A program made the translations under genes and the position numbers. The notes under the pieces were generated by a model, which had not been told where the DNA came from, made no database searches, and saw nothing but the letters and a program-made list of their open reading frames with translations. Shown in pieces: positions 29,259-39,127 of a stretch of DNA of 64,000 nucleotides; the first letter of the stretch is position 1, and each line of letters opens with the position of its first letter. The DNA lies in the NCBI GenBank assembly GCA_963674865.2, contig CAXXYE010000001.1, forward strand, positions 192,001-256,000, read 5' to 3'. Source of the stretch: Candidatus Hydrogenedentota bacterium (GTDB lineage: Bacteria; Hydrogenedentota; Hydrogenedentia; Hydrogenedentales; SLHB01).

Positions 29259-29719
29259 GATTGTCGCGTACGGCCCCCATCGACGGCCGCTTGATTGATG
29301 GCGGTCTCGTCAAGAACGGCCTGTTCTTCTTTGTTGAGGTCGGCGAAGAGGGCGTCGCGGTGGCGCTCTTTCAGCCGCTCGACTATGCGTTTCTTCTTCA
29401 TGGCCTCTTCCAGGTCGGCCCTTCGCTCCTCTTCCGTTTCGCGCAACTCCGCGATAGCGGCGTCCTTCTCGACCGCCAGCCTTGCGAGATGCCGCTCGTA
29501 TTGATAATAGCGGTGGATGCTGCTTGCGTCGAATTCCTGCTGGGTGGCGCCGGCGGCTTCCTCCAACATGCGTTTCTGATTGCGGGCGATCTCATCTCGC
29601 TGGACAATGTTGGTGCGGAGTTCGGCGCGTACGCGCGCGAGGGCCACGGCCGTCAACTCCTCACGACGGCTGCGAACCCTTAGCAGGGTGTCCAATCGGA
29701 ATGGCTTTCTCCTGGGCAT
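29255..29719 (-). CDS. fliJ: Flagellar export protein FliJ
   Basis: FRLDTLLRVR N-terminus, coiled coil, EEQAVLDE; after fliI. Confidence 0.85.
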   Translation of the reverse strand: MPRRKPFRLDTLLRVRSRREELTAVALARVRAELRTNIVQRDEIARNQKRMLEEAAGATQQEFDASSIHRYYQYERHLARLAVEKDAAIAELRETEEERRADLEEAMKKKRIVERLKERHRDALFADLNKEEQAVLDETAINQAAVDGGRTRQS

Positions 29720-29727
29720 GGTTGAAT

Positions 29728-31044
29728 CTAGCCCGCTAGGGCCTTCCTCATTCTTCCTTCGACCTCCTCGAGGGGCGACTTCTCGTAGAGGCCTTGCTTG
29801 AGAAACTGGCGGACGGACGGCATGAGGCGGATGGCCTCGTCGATAGCCGGATTGCTTCCCTGTGCGTAGGCGCCGATGTTGACAAGATCCTCCGCGTCGC
29901 GGTAGGTGGCCAGAAGGCTCCGAAGTCGCTGGGCCAGGTTCTGATGGCTTTCGGGCGTGACGTCGATCATGACGCGGCTGATGCTCTCAAGTATGTCGAC
30001 CGCGGGATACTGTCCGTGTGAAGCAAGATTGCGGCTCAGGGCAACATGGCCGTCGAGTATGCTTCGCAGGGCATCACTGATGGGCTCGTTGAGGTCGTCG
30101 GCTTCCACCAGCACCGCATAGAAGCCGGTGATGCTGCCTTGAGCGGAGATGCCTGCCCGTTCGAGGAGCTTGGGCAAGAGGGCGTACACCGAGGGGGGAT
30201 AGCCTCGCGTTGTGGGAGGTTCCCCGACGGCCAAGCCAATCTCCCGCTGCGCCATGGCAAAGCGCGTCACGGAGTCCATCATGAGCATCGCGTCGGCGCC
30301 CTGTTCGCGAAACCACTCGGCGATGGCCGTGGCCATATAGGCGCCTTTGATCCGAAGCAGGGCGGGCTGATCGGAGGTAATCGCCACAACGATGGAACGC
30401 GCAAGGCCCTCCGGGCCGAGGTCCTTTTCGATGAATTCCCGTACCTCTCGGCCGCGTTCCCCGATAAGCGCGATGATGTTGACGTCGGCGCTGGTGTTGC
30501 GCGCCACCATGCCTATGAGCTTGCTCTTGCCGACGCCGCTGCCGGAGAAGATGCCGAGCCGCTGCCCCTTGCCGCAGGTGATGCACGCGTCGATGGCACG
30601 CACACCGGTTGCAATAGGCTCCGAAATGGGCTGCCGCTCCAGGGGGCGGGGGGCCGCGGCCATCAAAGGTACGTCCGTTGTCCCTTGGATGACGGGCCCG
30701 CCGTCGAGAGGAAGGCCCATGGGGCCGATGACGCGCCCTAATAGATCAAGGCCCACCCGCACGCGCTCTGGGCGGTACGTTGGGATAAGCAGGCTGTCAG
30801 GGCCGATGCCGTGGATGTCTCCCAAAGCCATCAGGAGGATCTTGTCGCCCCGGAAGCCAACCACCTCGAGGGGTATGCGTGGCCCGCTGTCCCGGCCCTG
30901 GACATAACAAAGATCGCCCACCCGCATCGGTGGGCCGACGGCTTCGATGGTGAGCCCGACAACGCCGACAATTTTGCCGCAAACGGCCATGGTGTTGGCG
31001 GCCGCAATGCGCTCGCGGTGCTGTTGAAGGTCCAAGCCCGTCAC
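29728..31044 (-). CDS. fliI: Flagellar export ATPase FliI
   Basis: GSGVGKS, GERGRE, DSVTRF, GEPPTTRGYPPS, LDGHV. Confidence 0.96.
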   Translation of the reverse strand: MTGLDLQQHRERIAAANTMAVCGKIVGVVGLTIEAVGPPMRVGDLCYVQGRDSGPRIPLEVVGFRGDKILLMALGDIHGIGPDSLLIPTYRPERVRVGLDLLGRVIGPMGLPLDGGPVIQGTTDVPLMAAAPRPLERQPISEPIATGVRAIDACITCGKGQRLGIFSGSGVGKSKLIGMVARNTSADVNIIALIGERGREVREFIEKDLGPEGLARSIVVAITSDQPALLRIKGAYMATAIAEWFREQGADAMLMMDSVTRFAMAQREIGLAVGEPPTTRGYPPSVYALLPKLLERAGISAQGSITGFYAVLVEADDLNEPISDALRSILDGHVALSRNLASHGQYPAVDILESISRVMIDVTPESHQNLAQRLRSLLATYRDAEDLVNIGAYAQGSNPAIDEAIRLMPSVRQFLKQGLYEKSPLEEVEGRMRKALAG

Positions 31045-31709
31045 GGTTGTTCCGTCAGCGCGTCAAAGATCTGGCCGAGTTGCGCCTGCCACTGGGCATC
31101 GAGGTAGAGCGTGTCCGACTCAACGACACACCCCCCCGGACTTATCTCGGCGTCGGCCGTCACCTCGACGTGTTTCACGCCGTCGAATTCCTCGAGTAAC
31201 CTGACCCGCTGCTGCTGCAGCGCATCGAAATCTTGAGGGTGGACTCGTATCAACAAGCGCTCACGGTCGAGGAGTGCCTGTATGGCGCTACGGACGGTGG
31301 TCCGAAGGACATCCGGATCATTCTTGGCTTCTCGTTGGAGGATGCGCTCGGTGATGGCGTTGACGAGAGCCAACACGTGAGGCTCGATGTTGGCAAGGAA
31401 CTCTTCATGGGCCTTCCGGATTGCTGCCGAGGCCTCTTTGAGGGCTGACGCCGACTCGGCCACCGACTCGGCGTAGTGAGTTTTCGCCGCCTCGATGCCC
31501 CGTCGCAGGCCTTCCTCGTATGCTTCCCGTACCTTTCGTTCGGCTTCGGAGCGCGCCTGAGTCATGACATCCGCGCCGTCTGTGAGGGCGCCCTCCTCAG
31601 CGCCTTCGACAAGCATAGGCTCGAGGACATCGCGCTGGTAGTCGCTGAAGGCCTCGTTGCCGGCTTCGGGTGATTTGATTAGCCTGGACATTGACGTTTG
31701 CTCGGGCAT
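31041..31709 (-). CDS. fliH: Flagellar assembly protein FliH
   Basis: AYEEGLRRG, IRVHPQD, ISPGGCVVES. Confidence 0.9.
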   Translation of the reverse strand: MPEQTSMSRLIKSPEAGNEAFSDYQRDVLEPMLVEGAEEGALTDGADVMTQARSEAERKVREAYEEGLRRGIEAAKTHYAESVAESASALKEASAAIRKAHEEFLANIEPHVLALVNAITERILQREAKNDPDVLRTTVRSAIQALLDRERLLIRVHPQDFDALQQQRVRLLEEFDGVKHVEVTADAEISPGGCVVESDTLYLDAQWQAQLGQIFDALTEQP

Positions 31710-31715
31710 AGGCGC

Positions 31716-32768
31716 CTAGACGACGATCTCGTCCTCGCTGCCGCCGCCGCGACCTTCGATCATGAGTTCCCCGGCCTCCTCCAAACGGCGTATTACGCCG
31801 ACGATCTTCTGCTGTGCCTCCTCCACGTTGCGGAGACGAACAGGGCCCATGAACTCGATTTCCTCTTGGATCATCTCGCGGGCCCGCTGGGACATATTGC
31901 GGAATATCTTGTCGCGGACTTCCTCGTTGGCGGACTTCAACGCCAGGGCCAGATCTTTCTGCTCGATTTCGCGCAGGGCCTTCTGGATGCCGCTGTCGTC
32001 GACGTACATCAGGTCGTCGAAGGTGAACATAAGGCGGGCGATCTCGTCGGCCAACTCCGGATCCTGCTCCTCGAGATCTGCCATGATGGCCTTCTCGGCG
32101 TTGCGGTCTACCATATTGAGGATTTCGGCCACGTCTTTGACGCCGCCCGCAAAGGTGAATCCCTGGCTGAAGACCGAGGCCATCTTACGCTCAAGCACAC
32201 GCTCGACCTCACGCACCATCTCGGGCGGCGTGCGGTCCATCGTGGCGATACGCTTAACCACATCCGCCTGTACGGGCTGCGGCAGCGCCGATAGGATGAT
32301 GGCCGAAGTCTGTGGACTGAGATGGGCGAGGATCAGGGAGATTGTCTGGGGATGCTCATCCTGGATAAAACTCGATATCTGTGAGGCATCGGCCTTCTTG
32401 AGGAACTCGAACGGGATTTCCTGAAGACTTCCCTGAAGCTTGGTCAGTACATCCAGGGCCTTTTCCGGCCCGAGAGCCTTCTCGAGAAGATTGCGGGCGT
32501 AGTCAATGCCGCCGTGAGTGACGTACTTGTTTGCCACGGCCATCTGGTAGAACTCTTCCAGGACGGCCTCCCGGGTGTCGGGTTCGACGGCCCCAAGGCT
32601 CGAAAGGTCGAGGGTGAGTTGCTCGATCTCGTCATCTTCGAGCTTGGCCAGTACGCGCCCCGCCGCTTCCGGCCCAAGACACGCCAAGAAAACGGCGGCT
32701 TTCGTCTTGCCGTCGACCTCGTCCAGTTTGCCTGCCGATCTTGAACGTAACGTGGGACTAACCCTCAC
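31716..32768 (-). CDS. fliG: Flagellar motor switch protein FliG
   Basis: GGIDYA, EHPQTI, MFTFDD, NMSQRA, GPVRL. Confidence 0.96.
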   Translation of the reverse strand: MRVSPTLRSRSAGKLDEVDGKTKAAVFLACLGPEAAGRVLAKLEDDEIEQLTLDLSSLGAVEPDTREAVLEEFYQMAVANKYVTHGGIDYARNLLEKALGPEKALDVLTKLQGSLQEIPFEFLKKADASQISSFIQDEHPQTISLILAHLSPQTSAIILSALPQPVQADVVKRIATMDRTPPEMVREVERVLERKMASVFSQGFTFAGGVKDVAEILNMVDRNAEKAIMADLEEQDPELADEIARLMFTFDDLMYVDDSGIQKALREIEQKDLALALKSANEEVRDKIFRNMSQRAREMIQEEIEFMGPVRLRNVEEAQQKIVGVIRRLEEAGELMIEGRGGGSEDEIVV

Positions 32769-34299
32769 TCTCGCTCAACCATGAGCGAAGCAACGCGGCC
32801 ACGGTTTCAGGCTCCTGCTGGGACAGGCGGTCCACCTCGGCCGCCACTTCGCGGCGGCGAAGATCCTCCGAACTGGGCTCCGGAATGGGTACTTCCTCCT
32901 CGACTTCGGTAGTGGGAAGCACCATGGCCCGGCGAAGCAAGAACCGAACCAGCAGGAATCCCATGACCAAGAGCACCAGCTTGAAAAGCGGTATACCATA
33001 TTGTACCAAGGCATCGCGTGTGCCTGCAGCCGCTACGCCTTCGGCGGCGCCCGTGACCGCGGCCAGTTGGGCAATCTTGAAGGGGTGATCGTAAACGGTT
33101 ACATCCGATGTCGATACGCCGACCGCCGTAGCGATCCAATCCTTGTATTGCTGGACCCGTTCATCGTCAAGTCCCGCGTAGGTCGCCTGGCCATCCTCGC
33201 TCTCTTGCGTCTCGCCTTCGATGAAGGCCGCCACCTTGAGGCCCTTGATCTCGCCCGGCTCATGCACGCTCTCGATGAGCGTCTTGGTAGGCTCGTAATT
33301 GGTGTAGGTTTCCTCGGTGTTTTCTTCCGTCTGTGTGCCGCCGGCTACGGCCACGCCCTCGGGCAACTGGCTTCTCGCGCCCGGGGCGCCTTCAGGTAGG
33401 GATTCATTACTGGAGACGGTGGTCGACGTGGTGTACTCGCTGAGTACCGTTCCTTCCTCGTACTTGTTCGTTGTCTCTTTCCGGTGCTCGTAGTCGATGG
33501 TGGCGTTGACGCGGACCACGGCATTCACGCCCAGCCGGCGGAGCCCTTCGGCGATGCGTTGTTCGGCCCTTGTTTCCACATCATTTCGGTACTCGAGCTT
33601 CGAACTGGCGATGGAAGCGAACTCATCGCGTGCAGGCAAGTGGAGGAGGTCGCCGCCGGTTGTGGTGAGCGTGATGTTGTCCTCATTCAGGTTAGCGCCG
33701 CCGAAGCTGCTTACCACGCCGAGCACCGCTCTAATCTCACTAGCGCTTAGAGAGCGGGCGGTTTCGAGCGTGACGGCGGCTTCCGAAGGGACTTGGTCGT
33801 TCACGAAGAGCTGGTCTTCGGCCTCTCGGATGAATACGAAAGACTGCCTTACGAAGTCGAATTCGTTCAGCTGACGCTGCAAAGTGCCTTGGACGGCGCG
33901 CACGTAGTTGACATTCTGCAGCCACTGATTCGTCATGAGGTCGCGCTCGTCGAAAAGCTCGAATCCCGGAGCGCCGCCCTGCGACTTGGGGATGCCTTGC
34001 TCCATGAGGGCTACGCGCAGGCGGGTGCGCTCCTGGACGGGCACGAGAACGGTACCGCCGTCATCGCGGATCTTGTAAGGTATGTCTTCGTCGCGGAGAT
34101 AGGATTCGATCGCTGCCGTATCATCCAATTCCAGCCGCGAGTAAAGGCGGACGAGTTGGGGGCGGCTTCCGATGACAACCATGCCGACCACGAGCGCCAC
34201 GGTGATCATGGCGGCGACGACAATGTTGACGCGGGCGCTGGCTGAAAGCCGCACCCATGCCTGGGCGATTCCTCTCACGAGTTGTCGCAAGAATCCCAT
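32758..34299 (-). CDS. fliF: Flagellar MS-ring protein FliF
   Basis: Two TM helices, GFELFD, RAVQGTLQR, PSEAAV, C-terminal EPETVAALLRSWL. Confidence 0.9.
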   Translation of the reverse strand: MGFLRQLVRGIAQAWVRLSASARVNIVVAAMITVALVVGMVVIGSRPQLVRLYSRLELDDTAAIESYLRDEDIPYKIRDDGGTVLVPVQERTRLRVALMEQGIPKSQGGAPGFELFDERDLMTNQWLQNVNYVRAVQGTLQRQLNEFDFVRQSFVFIREAEDQLFVNDQVPSEAAVTLETARSLSASEIRAVLGVVSSFGGANLNEDNITLTTTGGDLLHLPARDEFASIASSKLEYRNDVETRAEQRIAEGLRRLGVNAVVRVNATIDYEHRKETTNKYEEGTVLSEYTTSTTVSSNESLPEGAPGARSQLPEGVAVAGGTQTEENTEETYTNYEPTKTLIESVHEPGEIKGLKVAAFIEGETQESEDGQATYAGLDDERVQQYKDWIATAVGVSTSDVTVYDHPFKIAQLAAVTGAAEGVAAAGTRDALVQYGIPLFKLVLLVMGFLLVRFLLRRAMVLPTTEVEEEVPIPEPSSEDLRRREVAAEVDRLSQQEPETVAALLRSWLSESEG

Positions 34300-34674
34300 G
34301 GCAATACCTCACTCTGTGGCGTTTATGCGCCGCCCGGTTGTTCGTGCGTGTCCTGCGTGGTCAGATCGGGACATGTGCCGGGAGAATGGGAGAGACATAC
34401 CGGCCCCCCGTTCATCCCCGCCGGGATGCTGGAAATAGGTTCAATTCTCATCTCCGCCTGTGAGCTGGCCGGCACCGACCTGGCCTGCCGGTCAACCCTC
34501 CGCGTGGACATGGGCAGCGCTACACGACGCCAACGCTCCGGAGTTGTGTCAACCCGACGGGGCGCCGGGGTGGCGACAAACACCGCGCGTCGGCCCGGCC
34601 GTGATATACACGCCGAACCTTCCATGCCTACCGCGGTCTGACGGAAAACACGCACAGGCACGAACCTTAAGGTT

Positions 34675-34697
34675 CCGAAGGCCCTTTCGGCCTCCGG
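34675..34697 (-). terminator. Hairpin immediately after the fliE stop
   Basis: CCGGAGGCC-gaaag-GGCCTTCGG; no U tract. Confidence 0.4.
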
Positions 34698-35015
34698 CTA
34701 TACTTGCATACGCATGATCTCTTCGTATGCGGCGACGATCTTGTTGCGCACGGTCATCATCGTCTGGAAGGCGATATCAGCCTTCTCGACGGCGACCATG
34801 GCTTCCGTGACGTCCTTAATCTCCCCAGCGACAAGCTGCTTGATGGTGCTGTCGGCCTCGGTTCTGAGTCGTTGGACCTCCCCGATGGCTTCCGCAAGGA
34901 CATCCTTGAACGACTTGCCCTCAGGCGACGCTGTAGGCTGAGGCGTGCGCAGTTGACGAGGATCGAGCTCGGGCGGTCGTATCCCGCCGCCGGCCCCTCT
35001 GATTGGATCAGGCAT
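34698..35015 (-). CDS. fliE: Flagellar hook-basal body protein FliE
   Basis: SFKDVL...EKADIAFQ...VRNKIVAAYEEIMRMQV. Confidence 0.95.
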   Translation of the reverse strand: MPDPIRGAGGGIRPPELDPRQLRTPQPTASPEGKSFKDVLAEAIGEVQRLRTEADSTIKQLVAGEIKDVTEAMVAVEKADIAFQTMMTVRNKIVAAYEEIMRMQV

Positions 35016-35055
35016 GGCCTGCCGTCTCCTCCTCTCTACCGGTTACGCTTCAACC

Positions 35056-35475
35056 TCAGGCCTGGATGATTTCCAAAGCCTTCTGCACCATTCGTTTGCC
35101 GGAAACAACGACCGCGACGTTGGCTTCATAAGCTCGCTGCGCGGCGACCAAATTCACCATCTCCACCGCGAGGTCGATGTTCGGGTACTCAACATAACCG
35201 TCAACATCCGCATCCGGATGCCCCGGTTCGTAAACTGTCCTGAAAGGGGATGGGTCCGACGTAACCCGCTTTACCTCAACGCCCCACTTGCCGGATTGCA
35301 TGGATGGACGCAACTGCTCGCCCCGGAAAATGGCCAACTGCCGCCGGAAGGTCCCGCCCTCGGGGGTGCGTGTTGTCAAGGCGTTGGCGATGTTATTCGC
35401 CACGACATTCATTCGTACGCGCTGGGCCCGTAGGCCGCTAACCGCGATTTCTGTCGCTGATACGGCTTGCTGCAT
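35056..35475 (-). CDS. flgC: Flagellar basal-body rod protein FlgC
   Basis: ANNIANA, YEPGHPDA..GYVEYPNI, QRAYEAN. Confidence 0.96.
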   Translation of the reverse strand: MQQAVSATEIAVSGLRAQRVRMNVVANNIANALTTRTPEGGTFRRQLAIFRGEQLRPSMQSGKWGVEVKRVTSDPSPFRTVYEPGHPDADVDGYVEYPNIDLAVEMVNLVAAQRAYEANVAVVVSGKRMVQKALEIIQA

Positions 35476-35495
35476 TACCCCAACCTGTTGTGTCC

Positions 35496-35891
35496 CTAAC
35501 GAATGTTCGTCAACATGTTCTTGACAGTCTCGAAATGCTTCACGAGCAGGCTACCATATATTGTGTAGCGCCCGGTGTTTTCCGAGAGTTTAGCCATTTG
35601 TTCGTCCAAGTCAACTTTATTGTAGTCATTCTTAGACAAGAATGCAAGAGATTCGAATTGTGGACGCTCACGCGTCGCTTCGAGGTGCCGGGCATGCGTC
35701 CTGCGGAGTTGGAGGCGGCCTTTGCCCTCGATAGCGGCGCGCAACGTCGCCTGGAAATCCATGTTGACGGAATTGTAGTTGGGGGTGTCGGCATTGGCGA
35801 TGTTGTTGGCAATGATCCGCTGGTTGAATTCGGCCACGCGCATGGCCTCCTGCAACAGTCGCGGCGCCTCGACACCTGCAAAGGACGACAA
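35496..35891 (-). CDS. flgB: Flagellar basal-body rod protein FlgB (probable TTG start)
   Basis: IIANNIANADTPNY, NKVDLDEQM. Confidence 0.92.
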   Translation of the reverse strand: MSSFAGVEAPRLLQEAMRVAEFNQRIIANNIANADTPNYNSVNMDFQATLRAAIEGKGRLQLRRTHARHLEATRERPQFESLAFLSKNDYNKVDLDEQMAKLSENTGRYTIYGSLLVKHFETVKNMLTNIR

Positions 35892-35954
35892 CGGCCCGTT
35901 CCTTTCCCGTTCACGGTTTCCCGGCTCAAGCATGTTTTCCGTCGCTGATAGGAA

Positions 35955-35970
35955 AGCAATCCGTATGCCA
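35955..35970 (-). promoter_or_regulatory. Sigma54 (-24/-12) promoter of flgB
   Basis: TGGCAT-ACGGA-TTGCT on the minus strand, matching TGGCAC-N5-TTGCW; a sigma54 activator gene is adjacent. Confidence 0.85.
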
Positions 35971-36152
35971 GGAACACCGCCGCCCTAAGTTCTTGTTTTT
36001 CAATGAGATGCCAAAACCCGATTCCTGCGAGATGCGAGCGCGACCGGGAAAGATCTCCCCAGGAGGGACATTTCTTCCGAGCGGGAGGACAGAAGGGGGA
36101 GGCCACGGCGATTTCTGAGGCGCCGAGGTGGGCGATCTCCAGAAGTCCGTGC

Positions 36153-37505
36153 TTAGTCATTGTATTCCTTCAGTTTGTTTCGGAGCGTCCTGACGCTGAT
36201 ACCGAGGACATTGGCAGCCCGGGTCCGGTTGTTTTTGCAGTGCGTAAGCGTCTGGAGTATCAGTTCTTTCTCCATATCGGCCACGGTAGTCCCGATGGAT
36301 ACGGCCACGGCATCGCCGCGTGCAGGCTTGGAACGGGGCGTCTGGAGAGCAAAATGCTCCGGTTCGAGTACGGGCCCCGTCGACAGGACCACGGCGCGCT
36401 CGACCGCATTCTGGAGTTCACGTACGTTTCCCGGCCAATCGTAAGCGAGAAACATCTCACGGGTCCCGGCACTCAACCGCATGGGGCCCCGGCCATTTTC
36501 CTGCACATAGCGTTTCAGGAAGTGGTCCGTCAGTGCCGGAATGTCCTCACGCCGCTCGCGCAGAGGGGGGAGGTGGAGCTGGATGACATTTAGTCTGAAG
36601 AACAGATCCTCGCGGAATTGCCCCTCTTCCACGGCCCGCTCCAGGTCGCGATTCGATGTGCAGACGATGCGTGTATCCACCTGGATGGGCTCGTTACCGC
36701 CGACCCGCTCGAATTCCCGCTCCTGGAGGGCGCGTAGCAGTTTCGGCTGGAGTTCGAGGTTGATTTCGCTTATTTCATCGAGTAGAAGCGTGCCGCTGTC
36801 GGCGAGTTCAAAACGGCCCATTTTTCGGTCGTGTGCGCCGGTAAATGAGCCTTTCTCGTGGCCAAACAGCTCGCTTTCGAGAAGCCCGGCGGAAAGCGCG
36901 GCGCAATTCACCCTGATAAAGGGCTTGTCTTGTCGGGCCCCGGAGTAATGGATGCTCCGGGCCACAAGTTCCTTTCCGGTGCCGCTTTCTCCGCGAATGA
37001 GGATCGTGGAACGCCCATTGGCGACTTTCGCGACCTGCTCGTAGACTTCGCGCATCGGCGCGCTTTCGCCGACCATGGCGCCAAAATCGTACATTTCGTT
37101 GAGTTCGTTGCGTAGGTATTGGTTCTCTTGGGCAAGGCGGCCCCGCTCGACGGCGCGTGCCACTGCAAGCTCAAGTTCATCAGGCGCAAACGGTTTCAGG
37201 ATATAGTCTTCGGCCCCTTCCTTGAGGGCGGCCACGGCGGATTCGATACTCCCATAGGCTGTCATGAGAATGACGTGCGCAGCCGGTGCTTCAGCCTTGA
37301 CGGCCCTTAGGACATCGAGGCCGTCCATCGGCTTCATGCGGAGATCGGTGACGACGACGTCGTAGGCCCGCTCCCTGAGCATGTCGACCCCTGTCCCGCC
37401 GCTGCCGGCGGTCTCGACGGCGTAGCCGGCCCGGGCGAGGGTCTCCTCGACGTATTCACGCATGAGGGCTTCATCGTCGATAACGAGTATTCGAGACTTT
37501 GGCAT
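36153..37505 (-). CDS. Sigma54-dependent response regulator (FlgR/FleR/FlrC-like)
   Basis: REC (VIDDE, TDLRM), GESGTGKE, GSFTGA, LDEI, WPGNVREL, Fis-type HTH. Confidence 0.93.
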   Translation of the reverse strand: MPKSRILVIDDEALMREYVEETLARAGYAVETAGSGGTGVDMLRERAYDVVVTDLRMKPMDGLDVLRAVKAEAPAAHVILMTAYGSIESAVAALKEGAEDYILKPFAPDELELAVARAVERGRLAQENQYLRNELNEMYDFGAMVGESAPMREVYEQVAKVANGRSTILIRGESGTGKELVARSIHYSGARQDKPFIRVNCAALSAGLLESELFGHEKGSFTGAHDRKMGRFELADSGTLLLDEISEINLELQPKLLRALQEREFERVGGNEPIQVDTRIVCTSNRDLERAVEEGQFREDLFFRLNVIQLHLPPLRERREDIPALTDHFLKRYVQENGRGPMRLSAGTREMFLAYDWPGNVRELQNAVERAVVLSTGPVLEPEHFALQTPRSKPARGDAVAVSIGTTVADMEKELILQTLTHCKNNRTRAANVLGISVRTLRNKLKEYND

Positions 37506-37508
37506 AGA

Positions 37509-38684
37509 TCATTCCACTCGCGGCAAGGACAGAGAGAAGACAGATCCCTTGCCCTCGTCGCTCTGCACCCTAATGGTTCCACCGTGCCCTTCGACGATCT
37601 TGGCGGCCACGGCAAGACCTAGGCCGGTTCCTTTCTCCTTTGTGGTGAAAAATGGTGAGAACACGCGACTTACTTGGTCACGCGATATACCACAGCCCGT
37701 ATCGCTCACCATGATGTTGACGTGTTGCGAGTCCGGCTCGGCGGCAATCCAGATTTCCCCTTTCTCCTCGATGCTCTGGACCGCATTGAGGATAATATTG
37801 AGAAACACCTGCCGCATCTTGTCGGGATCGGCCAGGACGGCGAGGTCGGGGGATATCGTGTTAGTGAGGGCGATGGCGCGTCTTCCGCAGTCGATGTATC
37901 CGATGGCCGCATCGACGAGGTCTGCGCATGGAGTGGCGCGCAGCCTGAGTTCTACGGGGCGGGTGTACTCGAGCAGGCCGCTGACGACGTCGTCTAGGTT
38001 CTTCGTGCCTGTGAGAATGCGCTCGACGAGGCGTGCCCGGGGATCGCCGGGTTCAAGATCGCGGGCGAGTAAAGCCGCGAAGCCGCGCACCCCGCCCAAG
38101 GGATTCCGGATCTCATGGGCCACTGTTGCGGCCATCTCGCCGAGGGCGGCCAGACGGTCCTTGCGGCGCACCTGTTCGCGAAGCGCCTCGATCTCGCTGA
38201 GGTCCTGAAAGACCTTGACGGCGCCTATCCGGTGGTTGGCCCGATCGGACATGGGGGCGTCGCGCTCGGTGACGGGGACGGGGCGCCCATCCTTGGCCCG
38301 GAGTTCCATCGCGTGCCAGCCGGGCGGGACGGAGAACTCCCGGCGGAATACCTCGCCGAAGGTTTTCCCCAACACCTCGACGGCGTCGTAGGCCAGCACA
38401 TGGCACGCAGCGCGGTTGAAGGTCGTAACGATGCCGTCGGTGTTGATGGCGATGACGCCGTCGGACATGCTTTCCAGCAAGCCGTTGAGATAGTCGGATG
38501 TAAGCGCCAGTTCCTGGTTCTTGGCCGCCAGTGCGCGGTCCAGCTCCTTCACGCGGTTTTCCAGACGGCGGTAGGATTCCTCCATTGCCTGGGTTGTCGA
38601 GGTGAGGAGCTCGAACGCCTCCTGCAAACGCAGCACGTCTGCGCCGCCGGACTCTGATGCGCTGTTTTGTTTCGTTTGATTCAT
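37509..38684 (-). CDS. Cytoplasmic PAS sensor histidine kinase (FlgS/FleS/FlrB-like)
   Basis: Coiled coil, PAS, AHEIRNPL, DTGCGI, FFTTKEKGTGLGL; no TM. Confidence 0.92.
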   Translation of the reverse strand: MNQTKQNSASESGGADVLRLQEAFELLTSTTQAMEESYRRLENRVKELDRALAAKNQELALTSDYLNGLLESMSDGVIAINTDGIVTTFNRAACHVLAYDAVEVLGKTFGEVFRREFSVPPGWHAMELRAKDGRPVPVTERDAPMSDRANHRIGAVKVFQDLSEIEALREQVRRKDRLAALGEMAATVAHEIRNPLGGVRGFAALLARDLEPGDPRARLVERILTGTKNLDDVVSGLLEYTRPVELRLRATPCADLVDAAIGYIDCGRRAIALTNTISPDLAVLADPDKMRQVFLNIILNAVQSIEEKGEIWIAAEPDSQHVNIMVSDTGCGISRDQVSRVFSPFFTTKEKGTGLGLAVAAKIVEGHGGTIRVQSDEGKGSVFSLSLPRVE

Positions 38685-39124
38685 GCCTTCCTATCGATGA
38701 AGCCCGGCTCCGTGGGGCGTTTGGGCGCGTATTTCCGCAACAGCCCCTTACCGCGCTTCAGTTCACCCCAAGTTTCGCGAAGTTCTTCCAGGCGTTGCCC
38801 GACGCGCTGGGCAGCTCGCTCATTAACTTGGCTCAGTTGGTCCGCCAGTCCGGCGGCGCGTTCTGCAAGCAGGCGCACGGCGTCGCGGTCCTTCTTCGAG
38901 ACGTCTGTGGCCGCTTTCCACTCAGCGAGCAACTGGCGGAACTCCTCTTTCATGCGGGCCGCACGCGCCGCGTGAGCCTGGCGGAGTCCGTCGAGTCGGT
39001 TCACATTGCCATCGGCCCAATCGTCTTCAAGGGGCGAGAATTCAGCCAGCATCTCCTCAAAGAGGACAATCTGCCGCTTGAAGTACTCCTTCATACGAGG
39101 CACGAGGTCCGACGTGCCGCTCAT
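38681..39124 (-). CDS. FlgN-like helical chaperone
   Basis: Helical 147-aa protein ending KYAP...GFIDRKA; 4-bp overlap with the HK. Confidence 0.55.
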   Translation of the reverse strand: MSGTSDLVPRMKEYFKRQIVLFEEMLAEFSPLEDDWADGNVNRLDGLRQAHAARAARMKEEFRQLLAEWKAATDVSKKDRDAVRLLAERAAGLADQLSQVNERAAQRVGQRLEELRETWGELKRGKGLLRKYAPKRPTEPGFIDRKA

Positions 39125-39127
39125 CGC

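Noticed and set aside
36000..36013. Second sigma54-like site upstream of flgB (TGGCATCTCATTGA)
   Set aside because: Wrong spacing and no GC at -12
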